Source of the DNA: Octopus vulgaris
Taxonomy: Eukaryota
Length of the DNA stretch: 64,000 bases
Direction: 5' to 3'
Assembly (NCBI GenBank): GCA_951406725.2
Contig: OX597828.1
Location: forward strand, 77,748,001 to 77,812,000
Below, one piece after another: positions 50,701-59,220 of the stretch (position 1 is the first letter of the stretch; each line of letters opens with the position of its first letter). The notes beneath the pieces are model-generated. The model was not told the DNA's origin, searched no databases, and saw only the letters and a list, made by a program, of their open reading frames with translations. A program made the position numbers and the translations under genes.

Positions 50701-53412
50701 AGAAAAAAAAAAAAGAAACACATCCAAGAAGCAGTCCTAACAATCATGAGCAGCAGCTGCTGCCACTGCTACCATCACCACCACCACCACTATCATCATC
50801 ATCATCATTTGACATTCATGTTGCATGCAGGATCCAGCAAGCTGCAGAGCTGTGCTAAGCTCCAATTTCAACTTTGGCAAGGTTTCTATAGCTGGGCCCC
50901 ATTCTTAATGCCAACCACTTCACAGCGTGTGCAGAGTACTGTTTCCAATACAAAATTTTAAAAACTTAAGATCATAAATTTGAGAAATAAATGATAAGAA
51001 AGAGAGACATTTGGAAAAACTAACGGCTGGAGAAGAAGAAAACTGTAACAGGAGGAGAAGACAACAGTAATAGGACAAGAATTAGCAGTGAAACAAGTCA
51101 GTCGGTTAGTAAGCTTAAGGGGCAAAATAAGAGAAGAAAGATTGGCAGGACAATGACTATGAAAGTATTTACAGAATGGAGATAACAAAGACATGTTCTA
51201 GTGAGGAGAGAAGAAAAGACCAGAGCTTGACCGACACTGATGGCTTTTGAACATAATCAAGGAGAGAAAGAAGACCAGCAGGAGGCACCAACCCAGATGA
51301 AACAACATCATTAAACACATGGGGTGAGATGGTGGACTCTCCTTTTATAAACAACAGATGAGGGTTCCACAACTTCCGACTGATCAACTTGCACAAAGGA
51401 TTTGTTTAGGGATCAAATGTTTATGCTACATGTTAGCTCACTCAAATCAACATGGTGTACCACACACTAAGTGTTAAAAATGACAACAGAACAGCATGAA
51501 ATGAAGAGTTTTGCTTGAGAATACCACACACTGCCTGGTCCAGGAATCAAAAAAACCACAATCTCATGACTGTAACTGCAACACCCTAACCACTAAGCCA
51601 TGCACCCTTACTTCATGGTGGAAAAAGACACCTATAAAGGTGAATGCATTAGGAAGAGAAATAACTATGAGCTTGACATGGAGAAGCAGCCTTCACGGTG
51701 GCTGTTTTAGTAATGGTAGTAAAAGAATCACTCCAAGATAAAATTCAACCTAAAACTTGTGAAGACAGCAAGAAGTAGTTGTGAGGCTCTTGCTACCCCA
51801 ACATTAACATTTCTGCTGCTTAATACACACAAGTACTTGAATAGCTGATAGACACCACCTCCAAAAAGACAGTTTAATAATACTACAGGTAGATGCAGGT
51901 ATGCCTGTATAGGCACACACATGACTATAGGGCAAGAAGTTTGCTTTCTAATTGCATAGTTTTTTTAATTTAGTTCCAATGCATGGAGCCTTGGGTGTCT
52001 TCTACAATGGCCCCACACAAACGAAAGCCTTGTGAGTAGATTTGGTGGACAGAAACTAAAAGAAGCCTATAGTAGCGTGTTCTAATATGTGTGTGTGTAT
52101 GTATGACTGTTTCCTTGCCTTGACATCACATGATAGTTGAAAGCAAGTTTCACCATCATGCAAACGCTGTCCTTCATTTCCAGTTTTTTGTGAAAACACG
52201 GTTGGTCACAGGCAAATATTACCTCACTTGGAGAAAATCTGCTTCAACAAAATTCTGTCTAACCCAAGCAAGCTGAGGAAAGAGGGACATTAAAACAATA
52301 ATGATGATCGATGATACACACAGCATTTCATAATTAAATATTAAATAATCTTTCATGTGTTCAGACAAAATTTAATAATTCATTTTAGATATATAGATCT
52401 ACTCATGCCAATGCCATGCAAAAGGCACCCATGCTGATGCCAAGTGAAATGGACTCGTAGCAGCACCATGTAAAAACCGTTTGTGCTGGTACCATGTACA
52501 AAACACCCATGCCAATGATACATAAAAAAAACAACCTGTGTAAGCACCACATAAAAGGACACCTGTGCTGGTGCCACATAAAAGGACACCTGTGCTGGCA
52601 CCACATAAAAGGACACCTGTGCTGGCGCCACATAAAAGGACACCTGTGCTGGCACCACATAAAAGGACACCTGTGCTGGCGCCACATAAAAGGACACCTG
52701 TGCTGGCGCCACATAAAAGGACACCTGTGCTGGCGCCACATAAAAGGACACCTGTGCTGGCGCCACATAAAAGGACACCTGTGCTGAGGCCACATAAAAG
52801 GACACCTGTGCTGGCGCCACATAAAAGGACACCTGTACTGGCCCCACATAAAAGGACACCTGTGCTGGCGCCACATAAAAGGACACCTGTACTGACGCCA
52901 CATAAAAGGACACCTGTGCTGAGGCCACATAAAAGGACACCTGTGCTGGCGCCACATAAAAGGACACCCAGTACACTTTGTAAAGTGGTTGGCAATTGAG
53001 AAGGGCACACCAAACCATGACCGGAGCCTGATGCAGCACTCTGGCTCACCAGCTCCTGTGAAACCGTCCAACCCAGACCAGCATGGAAAACTGATGATGA
53101 TGATGATGATGATTATGTCTGCACAAATTGAGAGGATGGTCATGGCAAGAATAATGCTGATCTGGGCTGACTGTGACTATTAAAGAACCAACAACAGGAC
53201 AAAGAGGACAGAGCAATTAGTCAAGTAGACAACAATACATTACCTTGGTAATAATGCTAATTTCTGTTCAAACATAGTCTCCAGCCGCTGACCTCGCTTA
53301 GATATATAGTTATCTGGTCCATTATATCGGTAACAATTCTCCAGCATCAGTCGAAAATCAGCGACAAACTGAGTAAGAGACAAATACTCTCGTGTTTCAA
53401 ATGAATTACGCA
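1879..53412 (-). CDS. BRD10: Multi-exon gene (13 coding exons in window, 5' end not found): bromodomain + DDT/WHIM-like chromatin protein, BRD10/KIAA2026-like
   Basis: Exons join in frame with GT-AG borders: 53244-53412, 44880-44953, 41574-41788, 39897-40057, 37713-37824, 34330-34375, 28995-29086, 24932-25177, 22570-22695, 14318-15139, 10058-10174, 7818-8003, 1879-7164. Motifs FVADFRLMLENCYRYNG, LREKTT, MWELPQIGHFLFL and YIHFPQFCGADLRVYK match KIAA2026/BRD10 as I recall it; orthology not checked by search. Confidence 0.85.
7818..8003 (-). CDS. BRD10: Exon (VKPPARKRCVIELHSRLNYLLKELEPWEAKL...)
   Basis: ttacag|GTG...TTA AGG|gttagg; 186 nt. Confidence 0.85.
8662..9014. repeat. Foldback inverted repeat (~155-bp arms, ~35-nt loop)
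   Basis: 8662-8818 pairs with 8854-9014, e.g. TCCTTCTTCAGATAT/ATATCTGAAGAAGGA, TTTGAGCCACTGCTACAAATGG/CCATTTGTAGCAGTGGCTCAAA, GCACTATAACAACAACAATG/CATTGTTGTTGTTATAGTGC. Confidence 0.9.
9500..9960. repeat. 23-bp minisatellite, ~19 copies
   Basis: Unit ATSCCACCTCCTCCTTCCAYRYA; gives 23-aa periodic ORFs in all frames. Confidence 0.95.
10058..10174 (-). CDS. BRD10: Exon, WHIM3-like (VPDTNEFELIVDSVEELRDLVAKF)
   Basis: ccctag|GTA...CCA AAA|gtaagt; 117 nt. Confidence 0.87.
10265..11225 (-). mobile_element. Cluster of about four full and one partial SINE copies
   Basis: Repeated GACCCCGAAAGGATGAAAGG..GAATTTGAACTCAGAAC..CTGCCAGCTC units separated by (AAT)n/(AAC)n. Confidence 0.8.
11772..12312. mobile_element. 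hAT-like MITE containing a nested mariner-like MITE (~11975-12186)
   Basis: TIR CAGTGGCCCTCAACC/GGTTGAGAATCACTG; 8-bp TSD ATCTCAAT/ATCTAAAT; inner TIR CTGAAAAGTTCCTGGCTTT/AAAGCCAGGAACTTTGCAG. Confidence 0.75.
12335..12772 (+). mobile_element. Frameshifted RTE/RTEX-like LINE 3' fragment (different family)
   Basis: Across frames: FFRAVVE..YGS..WTLTKSL..LDGTYTRML..VLNISWREHP; RFAGHCWRSKEE..LLWTPKHG..GKPRKTYI. Confidence 0.8.
13494..13760 (+). mobile_element. SINE-like element: tRNA-like head + decayed hammerhead-like tail, preceded by an inverted copy of its own 3' part
   Basis: A box TAGCATAGTGG 13587-13597; B-box-like GTTCAATGTC 13643-13652; 13494-13541 is an inverted repeat of about 13696-13742; tail resembles elements at 29641 and 37299. 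Confidence 0.6.
14318..15139 (-). CDS. BRD10: 822-nt exon, basic and Cys/His-rich linker
   Basis: tgacag|AAA...GAA CTG|gtaggt; 274 codons, overlapping the 279-aa ORF. Confidence 0.85.
15838..16146 (-). mobile_element. RTE-tail short element (many similar copies, e.g. 19680-19995, 27850-28205, 31115-31332, 48840-49160)
   Basis: Closely matches the RTE 3' UTR at 33140-33500; ends in (GAT)n. Confidence 0.8.
16908..20055 (+). mobile_element. Putative larger Helitron with nested insertions
   Basis: A|TCTATATAAAACTG at 16908; hairpin ACCCGC/GCGGGT (20024-20042) followed by CTAG|T at 20052-20055; both ends next to (TA)n. Pairing of the two ends is inferred. Confidence 0.55.
17667..18684 (-). mobile_element. 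Non-autonomous Helitron, composite (two 5' ends, one 3' end)
   Basis: Minus-strand 3' end: hairpin CCCGAGCAACGCCGGG, then CGATACTG-CTAG|T. A|TC 5' termini at 18168 (TCTTTATATATAAAA) and 18684 (TCTATATATATAAAA). Internal ~110-bp repeats. Confidence 0.8.
20365..20735 (-). mobile_element. tRNA-derived SINE, second family (copies also ~34975-35380 minus, ~41190-41557 plus, and split 54470-54600/59380-59530)
   Basis: Minus-strand head GCTGTGTGGTAAGAAGCTTGCTTC..GGTTCAGTCCCACTG; internal CA/TA microsatellite; many homologues. Confidence 0.8.
22570..22695 (-). CDS. BRD10: Exon (TVFEEDDDSNLKSRPSKKKR...RPSRLRQ)
   Basis: ttatag|ACA...AGA CAA|gtaagt; 126 nt, open frame; absent from ORF track. Confidence 0.85.
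23545..23985 (+). mobile_element. CR1-like LINE 3' end fragment
   Basis: LFELHVSNTCGHGYKVRKQH...FSHSRVAEAWHKLPASVV resembles the CR1 C-terminal TRGH...FFxxRVxxxWNxLP motif. Confidence 0.75.
24932..25177 (-). CDS. BRD10: Exon, WHIM2-like (LGRDAEGNVYIHFPQFCGADLRVYK)
   Basis: tgccag|GAA...GAA GAA|gtaaat; 246 nt. Confidence 0.9.
25271..25490 (+). mobile_element. Same SINE family, nested in an older SINE
   Basis: TSD AGAAACTGAAAGAAGCCTG / AGAAACTGAAAGCAGCCTG (25252-25270, 25491-25509). Confidence 0.8.
25959..26021 (+). ncRNA. Degenerate type I hammerhead motif (probable PLE/retrozyme remnant)
   Basis: CTGATGA at 25971; stem II GCAA/TTGC; AAAA in place of GAAA; stem III ACTGA-TG-TCAGT; stem I pairs at 9 of 12 positions (GAGGAGTCTTAA/TGATGAATTCTC). 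Confidence 0.55.
26289..26689 (-). mobile_element. Non-autonomous Helitron copy
   Basis: Same hairpin-CTAG 3' end and A|TC 5' end as 17667-18168; adjacent to (TA)n. Confidence 0.82.
28995..29086 (-). CDS. BRD10: Exon, WHIM1-like (KRNPLRNKKYHQLSFYRKVWVMKSICDDIL)
   Basis: ttttag|GT...ATA TTG|gtaaga; 92 nt. Confidence 0.9.
29620..29753 (+). mobile_element. 5'-truncated short element with hammerhead-like motif and inverted 5' fragment
   Basis: GACAC-CTGATGA-AGGCTG...CAGGT-GAAA-CATT-GTG; 29620-29642 is inverted relative to 29682-29704; ends in ATGTAAATAATG. Confidence 0.7.
30333..30704. repeat. ~30-bp minisatellite, ~12 copies
   Basis: Unit CCACCAATACCGGTGAACACTTCTCACCCC with length variants. 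Confidence 0.95.
32100..32525 (-). mobile_element. Degraded RTE LINE fragment
   Basis: ERTCGRGRLRKTWNKVVK, similar to the 33655-34250 ORF. Confidence 0.7.
33140..34250 (-). mobile_element. 5'-truncated RTE-type LINE (RT C-terminus + 3' UTR ending in (GAT)n)
   Basis: EVVDSFRYLG...RVRIAWAKFREL...MLHGSETW...RRLRWYGHV...RGRPRKTW; tail AAACGATGATGATG. Confidence 0.9.
34330..34375 (-). CDS. BRD10: 46-nt micro-exon (AAEKLGLDPFAYKVM)
   Basis: ttccag|GCA...ATG G|gtatgt; supplies the phase 0 to phase 1 link required between the flanking exons. Confidence 0.87.
35732..36220 (-). mobile_element. Non-autonomous Helitron copy (5' end runs into microsatellite)
   Basis: Same 3' terminus; shares the internal segment with 18270-18660. 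Confidence 0.78.
37299..37580 (-). mobile_element. Second copy of the hammerhead-tailed short element
   Basis: Minus strand: CCCAGGTTCGAAATTT..CAAGACAC-CTGATGA-AGGCTG..CAGCC-AAAA-CGTG-GTGTT, ending in (ATGTAAATA)2; homologous to 29641-29753. Confidence 0.7.
37713..37824 (-). CDS. BRD10: Exon (LHNHRYRMPYRVWEEKLRQKVKNWY...YK)
   Basis: tactag|A...TAT AAG|gtaaca; 112 nt. Confidence 0.88.
38041..38703 (-). mobile_element. RTE LINE 3' fragment
   Basis: Homologous to 33140-33810 (GRGRPRKTWDEVVKHDLR region + UTR + (GAT)n). Confidence 0.8.
39056..39264 (+). mobile_element. piggyBac-like MITE, family B (other copies ~7478-7688, 39663-39840, 45420-45836, 46440-46612)
   Basis: TAA|CCCTTTAGAATT...AATGCTAAAGGA|TTAA; dispersed homologues in the window. 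Confidence 0.7.
39897..40057 (-). CDS. BRD10: Exon, DDT-like domain (LPQIGHFLFLCQEPLYLAEVPQYELERCFL)
   Basis: ttccag|CTC...AGC AA|gtaagt; 161 nt. Confidence 0.9.
40241..40916 (-). mobile_element. Three head-to-tail SINE copies separated by a repeated target sequence
   Basis: Copies at ~40241-40457, 40476-40685 and 40704-40916, each followed by an AAGAAGAACAAGAATATT-like 18-mer. Confidence 0.85.
41190..41557 (+). mobile_element. tRNA-derived SINE, second family, ending about 16 bp from an exon donor site
   Basis: TGGCAGTGTGTTACGAAGCTTGCTTCC..GTTCAGTTCCACTG..GACTGAAACAAGTAAAAG. Confidence 0.8.
41574..41788 (-). CDS. BRD10: Exon (LRRRTRAVAPHDSS...MKAMWE), charged helical region
   Basis: ttgcag|GG...TGG GAG|gtgggt; 215 nt; phase consistent. 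Confidence 0.88.
44880..44953 (-). CDS. BRD10: 74-nt exon (DLREKTTVKATSGHCTPEDIAVVA)
   Basis: gtgcag|G...GCA G|gtatgt; phase 2 in and phase 1 out, matching both neighbours; absent from ORF track. Confidence 0.88.
45143..45363 (+). mobile_element. piggyBac-like MITE, family A
   Basis: TTAA|CCCTTTCGTTAC...GTAACGAAAGAG|TTAA. Confidence 0.8.
46132..46445. repeat. 42-bp minisatellite, ~7 copies
   Basis: Unit GAGGCCCAACACTCAAGAGGAACTCAGCCACCTCGCCTCCAC. Confidence 0.95.
47385..47611 (+). mobile_element. tRNA-derived SINE (Meta-domain-like core) with 15-bp TSD
   Basis: Head TGGCAGAACAGTTAG...GAGTTCAAATTCC; core GCCTTTCATCCTTTC; TSD AAATATGGCATACAC at 47370-47384 and 47612-47626. Confidence 0.85.
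47997..48216 (-). mobile_element. piggyBac-like MITE, family A, inverted relative to the 45143 copy
   Basis: TTAA|CCCTTTTGTTAC...GTAACGAAAGGG|TTAA; reverse complement of 45143-45363. Confidence 0.82.
50965..51440 (-). mobile_element. Probable degraded LINE C-terminal fragment
   Basis: SLLSPFCKYFHSHCPANLSSLI...RLT resembles the post-RT region of Jockey/CR1-group LINEs; many lesions. Confidence 0.4.
52535..52968. repeat. 27-bp minisatellite, ~16 copies, inside an RTE-tail element
   Basis: Unit GCGCCACATAAAAGGACACCTGTGCTG, running directly into CCCAGTACACT...GATGATGAT. Confidence 0.95.
53244..53412 (-). CDS. BRD10: Exon: C-terminal half of bromodomain
   Basis: tttcag|TG CGT...CCA AG|gtaatg; encodes RNSFETREYLSLTQFVADFRLMLENCYRYNGPDNYISKRGQRLETMFEQKLALLP, including the YN acetyl-lysine-binding Asn. 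Confidence 0.92.
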
Positions 53413-53713
53413 CTGAAATTAAAGAGAAATTTGAAGAGATGATCATTAATCTTCAGTGTTTTGGTCATATGTTTGTACATGGACCCTTTCACAACAAAAT
53501 TGAATTTCACTGTTATTCCAGCAATGATGTTAGATATTTACCAAAAAAAAAAAAGAAATAGAATTGATATTTCCTGCAAGACACTTTGCCTCAATGAACA
53601 GAACATATGTCAACAAACAAACAAAAAAAGTTTCAAACATGATATTCCTCAACAAAAGATTGGTATATAAAACTGCACTCCAAAGTTAATTGTGACATTT
53701 TGAGTAGATATAT

Positions 53714-54111
53714 CAGGGACATGCCACTTAGGTAGGCAGTGCCAACCCTGAATAAAATAGATCGATAGTAATATTTTCCCTCTATGGCAAAATATGCACA
53801 TAATCCAATAAAATTATGATGGTTGCTCTGATTACTATGCATAAAATACAAAATATTTTATTTTTTTCATAGATTAGGTAGGCATAATTCACCTCTGCCT
53901 TTCAATCTCAGTATTAAAACTATGCATAATACAGCTGTAGTACACATGCTGCATACACTCCTACAACAACATTTTCTTTACGCACTATAAAGGCAGTAGT
54001 AAATCTATTTCCAACTCAGTCATGCACCTGTTTCGCTTACTTTTTTGTGTGTTTTACTACATAAACGTCACCAACAGCCTACCCTGAGTAATTACTGAAA
54101 GCACATGCCTG
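53714..54111. mobile_element. hAT-like MITE (partial second copy at ~32770-33103)
   Basis: Ends CAGGGACATGC/GCACATGCCTG; 8-bp TSD AGATATAT/GGATATAT; ~330 bp similar to 32770-33103. Confidence 0.7.
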
Positions 54112-54730
54112 GGATATATCTACTTACCACAGTAAAATAGTTAATGGGTATAATGATGATGATGCACACACAAATATCAGCATTTCATGGCCACTTCCCA
54201 CGTTGACATGGGCTGGACCAGTCATCAGAGTCCAAGTCAGATCTTATTCAGAGTTACTGCTCCCCTAAATGAATCAGAGGACCAAATCTTGCTTGTACAT
54301 TCTACTTGTTCCTATAGTTAAATGCCTTCTCTAAAAGCAACCATTTCAAAAAGTGCACCAGCATGAGAGAGAATCTTGGCTCCCTGGCAAGCCCAAAGCA
54401 AAATTCAGTTTTTCACACTTTTACTTTGCGTAAAAATAACGGATTTTTTTCTGCATATATATGTATATATTGAACAAAATCGACCACAGGACTTATTCTA
54501 TTGGTCTCTTTTGCTGAACTGTGAAGTTACGGAGACATAAACACACCAACATCAGTTGTCAAATGATGGTGGGGGACAAACACAGACACACAAATACATA
54601 TATATATATATATATACAAAAAGCAATAAAGATTCAAGTTAATTTAAATGAATTTACTTGAATATGGTACCTAACTTAGATGCACCAAAAAAAACTATAC
54701 TGATTTAACAATACAGTAATGTGGGGTGAT

Positions 54731-54831
54731 TATAAGCGAGAATGAAGCAACAAGAATGGATAGGTTTTTAGTACAATCGTTTCATACAAGGACAGGTTTT
54801 ATTAAAAGTTGCAAAAATTACAGCATATAAA
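54731..54831 (-). repeat. 101-bp inverted copy of the PLE 3' end (59246-59346)
   Basis: Read as the reverse complement of 59246-59346; no mismatch seen by eye. Confidence 0.95.
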
Positions 54832-54911
54832 TTAACTTGAATCTTTATTGCTTTTTGAATATATTCCCATACAGTCTGTATGTTTTTCTGGTACTTAATT
54901 TCTCAGCAAGA

Positions 54912-57754
54912 ATGGAAAAAGTAAACATTGAGTTCTCCCCTAAAGACATCCCCTTACATAGTATAGATGAATATAATTGGCTTCTCATTCATAGGATTAA
55001 CGATTTCATTAGAAGAATCAGGTGGAAAACGTACCATTTTGATGTCAAACAGAAGAAGAAACCACAGGAAAAGAATACCGAAATGAATTTTAGAAGAATT
55101 TTTAAAAGTAGAAAAAGCCCACCTCAGAACCCATTCCTGGAGAATTTTGAGAAAGACTTGCTGAATCTTATAGATGATATTAGCTTCAAGGAACACCCGT
55201 TAAGATATAACCCTCACCTTAGACACCTTAGGAACTTTATTCAGTCAACCCGGTGCAAACATGGAATCCTAGTACCAGCAGATAAAACGGGTAATATGTA
55301 TAGAGTTGATTACGATATTTATAGCAAACTAATTAGGAAGGAACTAAACTCCAAATATAAAATTACGACTAAGAACAATTTGAAAAAAGTAAACATGGAA
55401 ATGAAAGAGATCATGGAGAAACTAAATTTAACGGATAGAACGGAGCCACTTAAACCGTGTGAACCCAGGATCAACCTTTAAGACCACAAAAAGAACTTCT
55501 TGGAAAACCCTTCGGTAAGGCTGATCTGTCCAACTAAGTCGGACATTGGCCGACTTGGTAAATCTATCTTGGATACTGTTCTACCCCAAATAACCCCTCT
55601 TCTCCCCTTAAACCTATGGCTAAGTACCGATGAAGTTCTAAAATGGTTTAACTCTCTAACTAATACTAGTAGTCTGTCCTTTATTCAGTTCGATATTAAT
55701 AGTTATTACTCTAGCATTTCCCCTATCTTACTCAACAAATCACTAATATTTGCCATGAATCGCTCCCTCATATCTAGAGAAGAAATCAATATTGTGCTAC
55801 TAGCTAGGAAGACATTTATAGAATTTGAAGATAAATTATGGACTAGAGCAGATACACCTAATTTTTTTGATATACCAATGGGTTCCAGTGATTCGGCTGA
55901 GGTAACCAACCTAGTAGGCGCATATCTATTAAAATGCATAAGCAAGGATATCCCAGAATTACAGGGGGTCTATATAGGGATGATGCTCTGTTTGTTATCC
56001 CTAGTAATAATAAATCTGTTATAGAAAGGATTAGAAAGAAAATTAATAAGTTCTTTAGGGATTTCAACCTCAGTATAACGTATGAACCGGGCACTAAAAT
56101 AGTTAATTTCCTAGATATTACGCTAGACCTTAACTCCAAGCTACATTACCCATTTAGAAAGGAAGGCGAAATCACGAATTACGTAAATAAATTATCAAAT
56201 CATCCCCCAAATATAATAGAATCTTTAGTAAGAAATATTTCATTAAGAATTTCAAAATTATCATCCAAAAAGGATATATTTAACTCCCATTCTGAGCATT
56301 ATAATGCGGCGTTAACTAAGGCTGGATACAACCAAAAGATTACATTCGTTGATAAGGGGAACTCACGTATTCCTAATAATGAAGTTATCAATAATCACGT
56401 AAGCAGCAATAAAGACCAAGCCCGAAATAAAAGTAGAATTAAACTAACGGTAAACGCTAATCTAGCGTACAGGCCCAACAATTCAAATAGAAACATTGAC
56501 CAGAACATAGGTAACTCGGATAATATTGAAGTAGATAAACCTAAGATGCACACAAATAAAAATAAAAATAATGGTAATAAATACAATAACTCCGGTGAGA
56601 TGAATAGTAATAATTCTACGAACCCTAAATTTAATAAAAAAGATATATTATGGCTGAATATTCCTTTCAACTGTGCGATACAATCGGATATACAGAACAA
56701 ATTCAAAGTGATTCTGGAAAAAAATTTCCCTATCTCTCATAGATATCATAGAATTATTTCTAGGAAAACAGTTAGGATTTCTTATTCAACCCTCCCAAAT
56801 ATGTCCACTTTAATAGCTAAGATTAATAATAACAACATTAAACTAGCCAGGAAAGATAGAAATAAAAATAATAATATCAGCATGAATACCAATAGCAATT
56901 GTAATAATACTACCAACAATAAAAACAGCAATAGTAACTATCAAAACATAGGTGAAATTAGTAACCACAGAATGACTAATAACATTAACATTAATAGTAA
57001 TAATAGCAATGCCGATATTAATAGAAGTAATAATGTTAATAATAGAAATAATAGAAATAGGGATAATAGAGAAAATAAGGAGAATGAAAATATTAGTGAT
57101 ATCTATAACAACAATATGCAGTCGGATAAAAAGACTAGCAATAATATTAACATTACCAATAATATAAGAAATCATGGTAGGACTTTAGATCTAAATGATG
57201 AAACAGAAGGATCAAGAAATAATAGCAATACTTTAGATATCAGCACCAACTATAGAAATGATAATCAAAATAATAGGAACCTAAAACATCTACCCAAGAA
57301 TAATCCAAAGCCTGAAGGTGTTCCTCCTGTGTGTAAGTGTAGAATAAAATCAAAATGCCCGGCACCTGGTCTATGTGGGGAAAATAATGTAATCTATAAA
57401 TGTACCATATCCACGGAGAATAACAAATATTGTTACATTGGATGTACAATTAATTTTTTAGCCAGAGTTAGAAATCACATCTCGACTTTTAAATTACGTC
57501 ATAAAGCTGGTACCACCACACTTTCAAACAAAATCTGGGAACTCAAAAATAATAATAAAAATTATAACCTTAATTGGGAAATAGTTAGGAGAGCAATTCC
57601 GTATAAAAATAGTAGGGTTGGTTGTCAACTATGCTCCATGGAGACATATGAAATTCTAAAGCATAGAATACATAGAAACCTATTGAATAACCATATCGAA
57701 CTAGGTCAAGTTTGTGTCCACGCTAAATTGAAGACTTTAAAATATTTTAAATGA
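54912..57754 (+). pseudogene. PLE reverse transcriptase / GIY-YIG endonuclease ORF (~950 aa) with one in-frame stop and one frameshift
   Basis: Motifs PADKTGN, L*DHKKNF..NPSVRLI, FIQFDINSYY, IPMGSSDSAEV, GLYRDD, VNFLDITLDL, SNHPP, CKC...CP...C, VIYKC...YIGCT...R...H. TAA at 55479-55481; frameshift at the G5 run 55964-55968. Confidence 0.9.
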
Positions 57755-59220
57755 TTAGAATATTCGTAACTAGATAGATAGATATAACTTGATTTCTACT
57801 GGTATAGCACTGCTTTAAGTAGATAACTAAGAGTTCTCAAACTACAGTTATCTTTTTCCTTATATCTGCATCAGTTTTTTGAGAACAGGGAAATGAATAG
57901 CACTTATTCACTGCTTAATTGAGGCTTTATTTAATTTCAAACTCACAATTTTTAAATTCTTAATTTTAAATCTTAATTGTAATTTTTAATTTTAATTCCT
58001 AACTTAATCTAATTTAATTAGCATAACTCTAATTAATTAAAATGAGTTACTATAGACCCATAATTCTATTTCAAAATTAAATAAATAAGGCTATTCCCTC
58101 GGTGATAATATGATTATCTTCATTATGATAGACAATCCCCTAACACCTTTTAAATGATCTTCTAAGATTTGACCTGTAGTCCGTCAATGTATGAATAATA
58201 ACGGCAACTCCTTAAGACAATAAAATGAATAAATTAAATAAGTAAATTTTAATGACTTTTTGATAAGATTATACCTAGTTTTTCCTAATGTATTTTCTGG
58301 TGATTTTAGCATCTGACCCCTAAACCCCTAACTGTGTTATCTCTTTAGATTCTCTTTAAATTCATAGCTGATTTCAACAGCAATAAATTAGCTGTTTTAC
58401 TGGTCAAAGAATAATATTCTCCTCTAATTCCTAGATGCCTGTAAATTAAAACCAGACTTGCCGTCTACTAATTCTTCTGTATAACTAGAACCCTCTTTTT
58501 TTCTTTTTCTTTCTTCTTTCTTCTTTTTTCTTTTTTCCCTTCCTTCCCTATTTCTTTCTCTTTTCTCTTTTTTCTTTTTCTTCTTCTTATTCTCTTTTTC
58601 CTTTTCTCTTCTCTTTTAGTCCCCCACCCCCTTTTTGCTCCCTCCTCCTTTATTTTCTCTCTTTTCTTCTATTCCCTTCCCTTTTCTATTCTATACAGCT
58701 CTAGAAAGCCCTTCAGCCTTTAAAAGTTAAATAGCTACAGCCTCTTGTAAATAGCAGTAATGTGATTAATGTGGCAAATACCTAATCATATAACAAGAAT
58801 TGATACCTACCTCATTGTGTTCAACCATTGATAAATTTATCGCCTGTGAATATGAAATTCCTTGGAAATTTACATCTACACCATTGGAAATTGTGCATCT
58901 ATACAAAGGATTAATTCACCCTCTCTGTAATGCTAATAAGCAGGAATTGAAACCCACCTCGTTGTAATTAACAATGGATAAATTTGTCTTCTGTGAGTAT
59001 GTAATCCCTCATCATATCTCTGGAAATTCATATGTGCACTATGGATTAGGTCACCTCCTCTGTGATGCTATTAAGACTTTTTTAAAATTCTGTGATAAGA
59101 CTGTACATCATCTTTAAAGAACTTTAATGAACTTTTGAAATCTGTTTATGTTACTTAATTATCTACATTACTTCATGAGTATAGCCTCAACCACTAGGAT
59201 GTCTAGAGAACTCACATGTA

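Noticed and set aside
52380-53143. Several 140-250 aa ORFs with 9-aa periodicity
   Set aside because: They arise from a 27-bp stop-poor minisatellite open in most frames on both strands.
55479-55481. Selenocysteine or programmed readthrough in the PLE ORF
   Set aside because: The stop is TAA, not TGA, and sits at an expected Lys (AAA); a point mutation is the simpler explanation.
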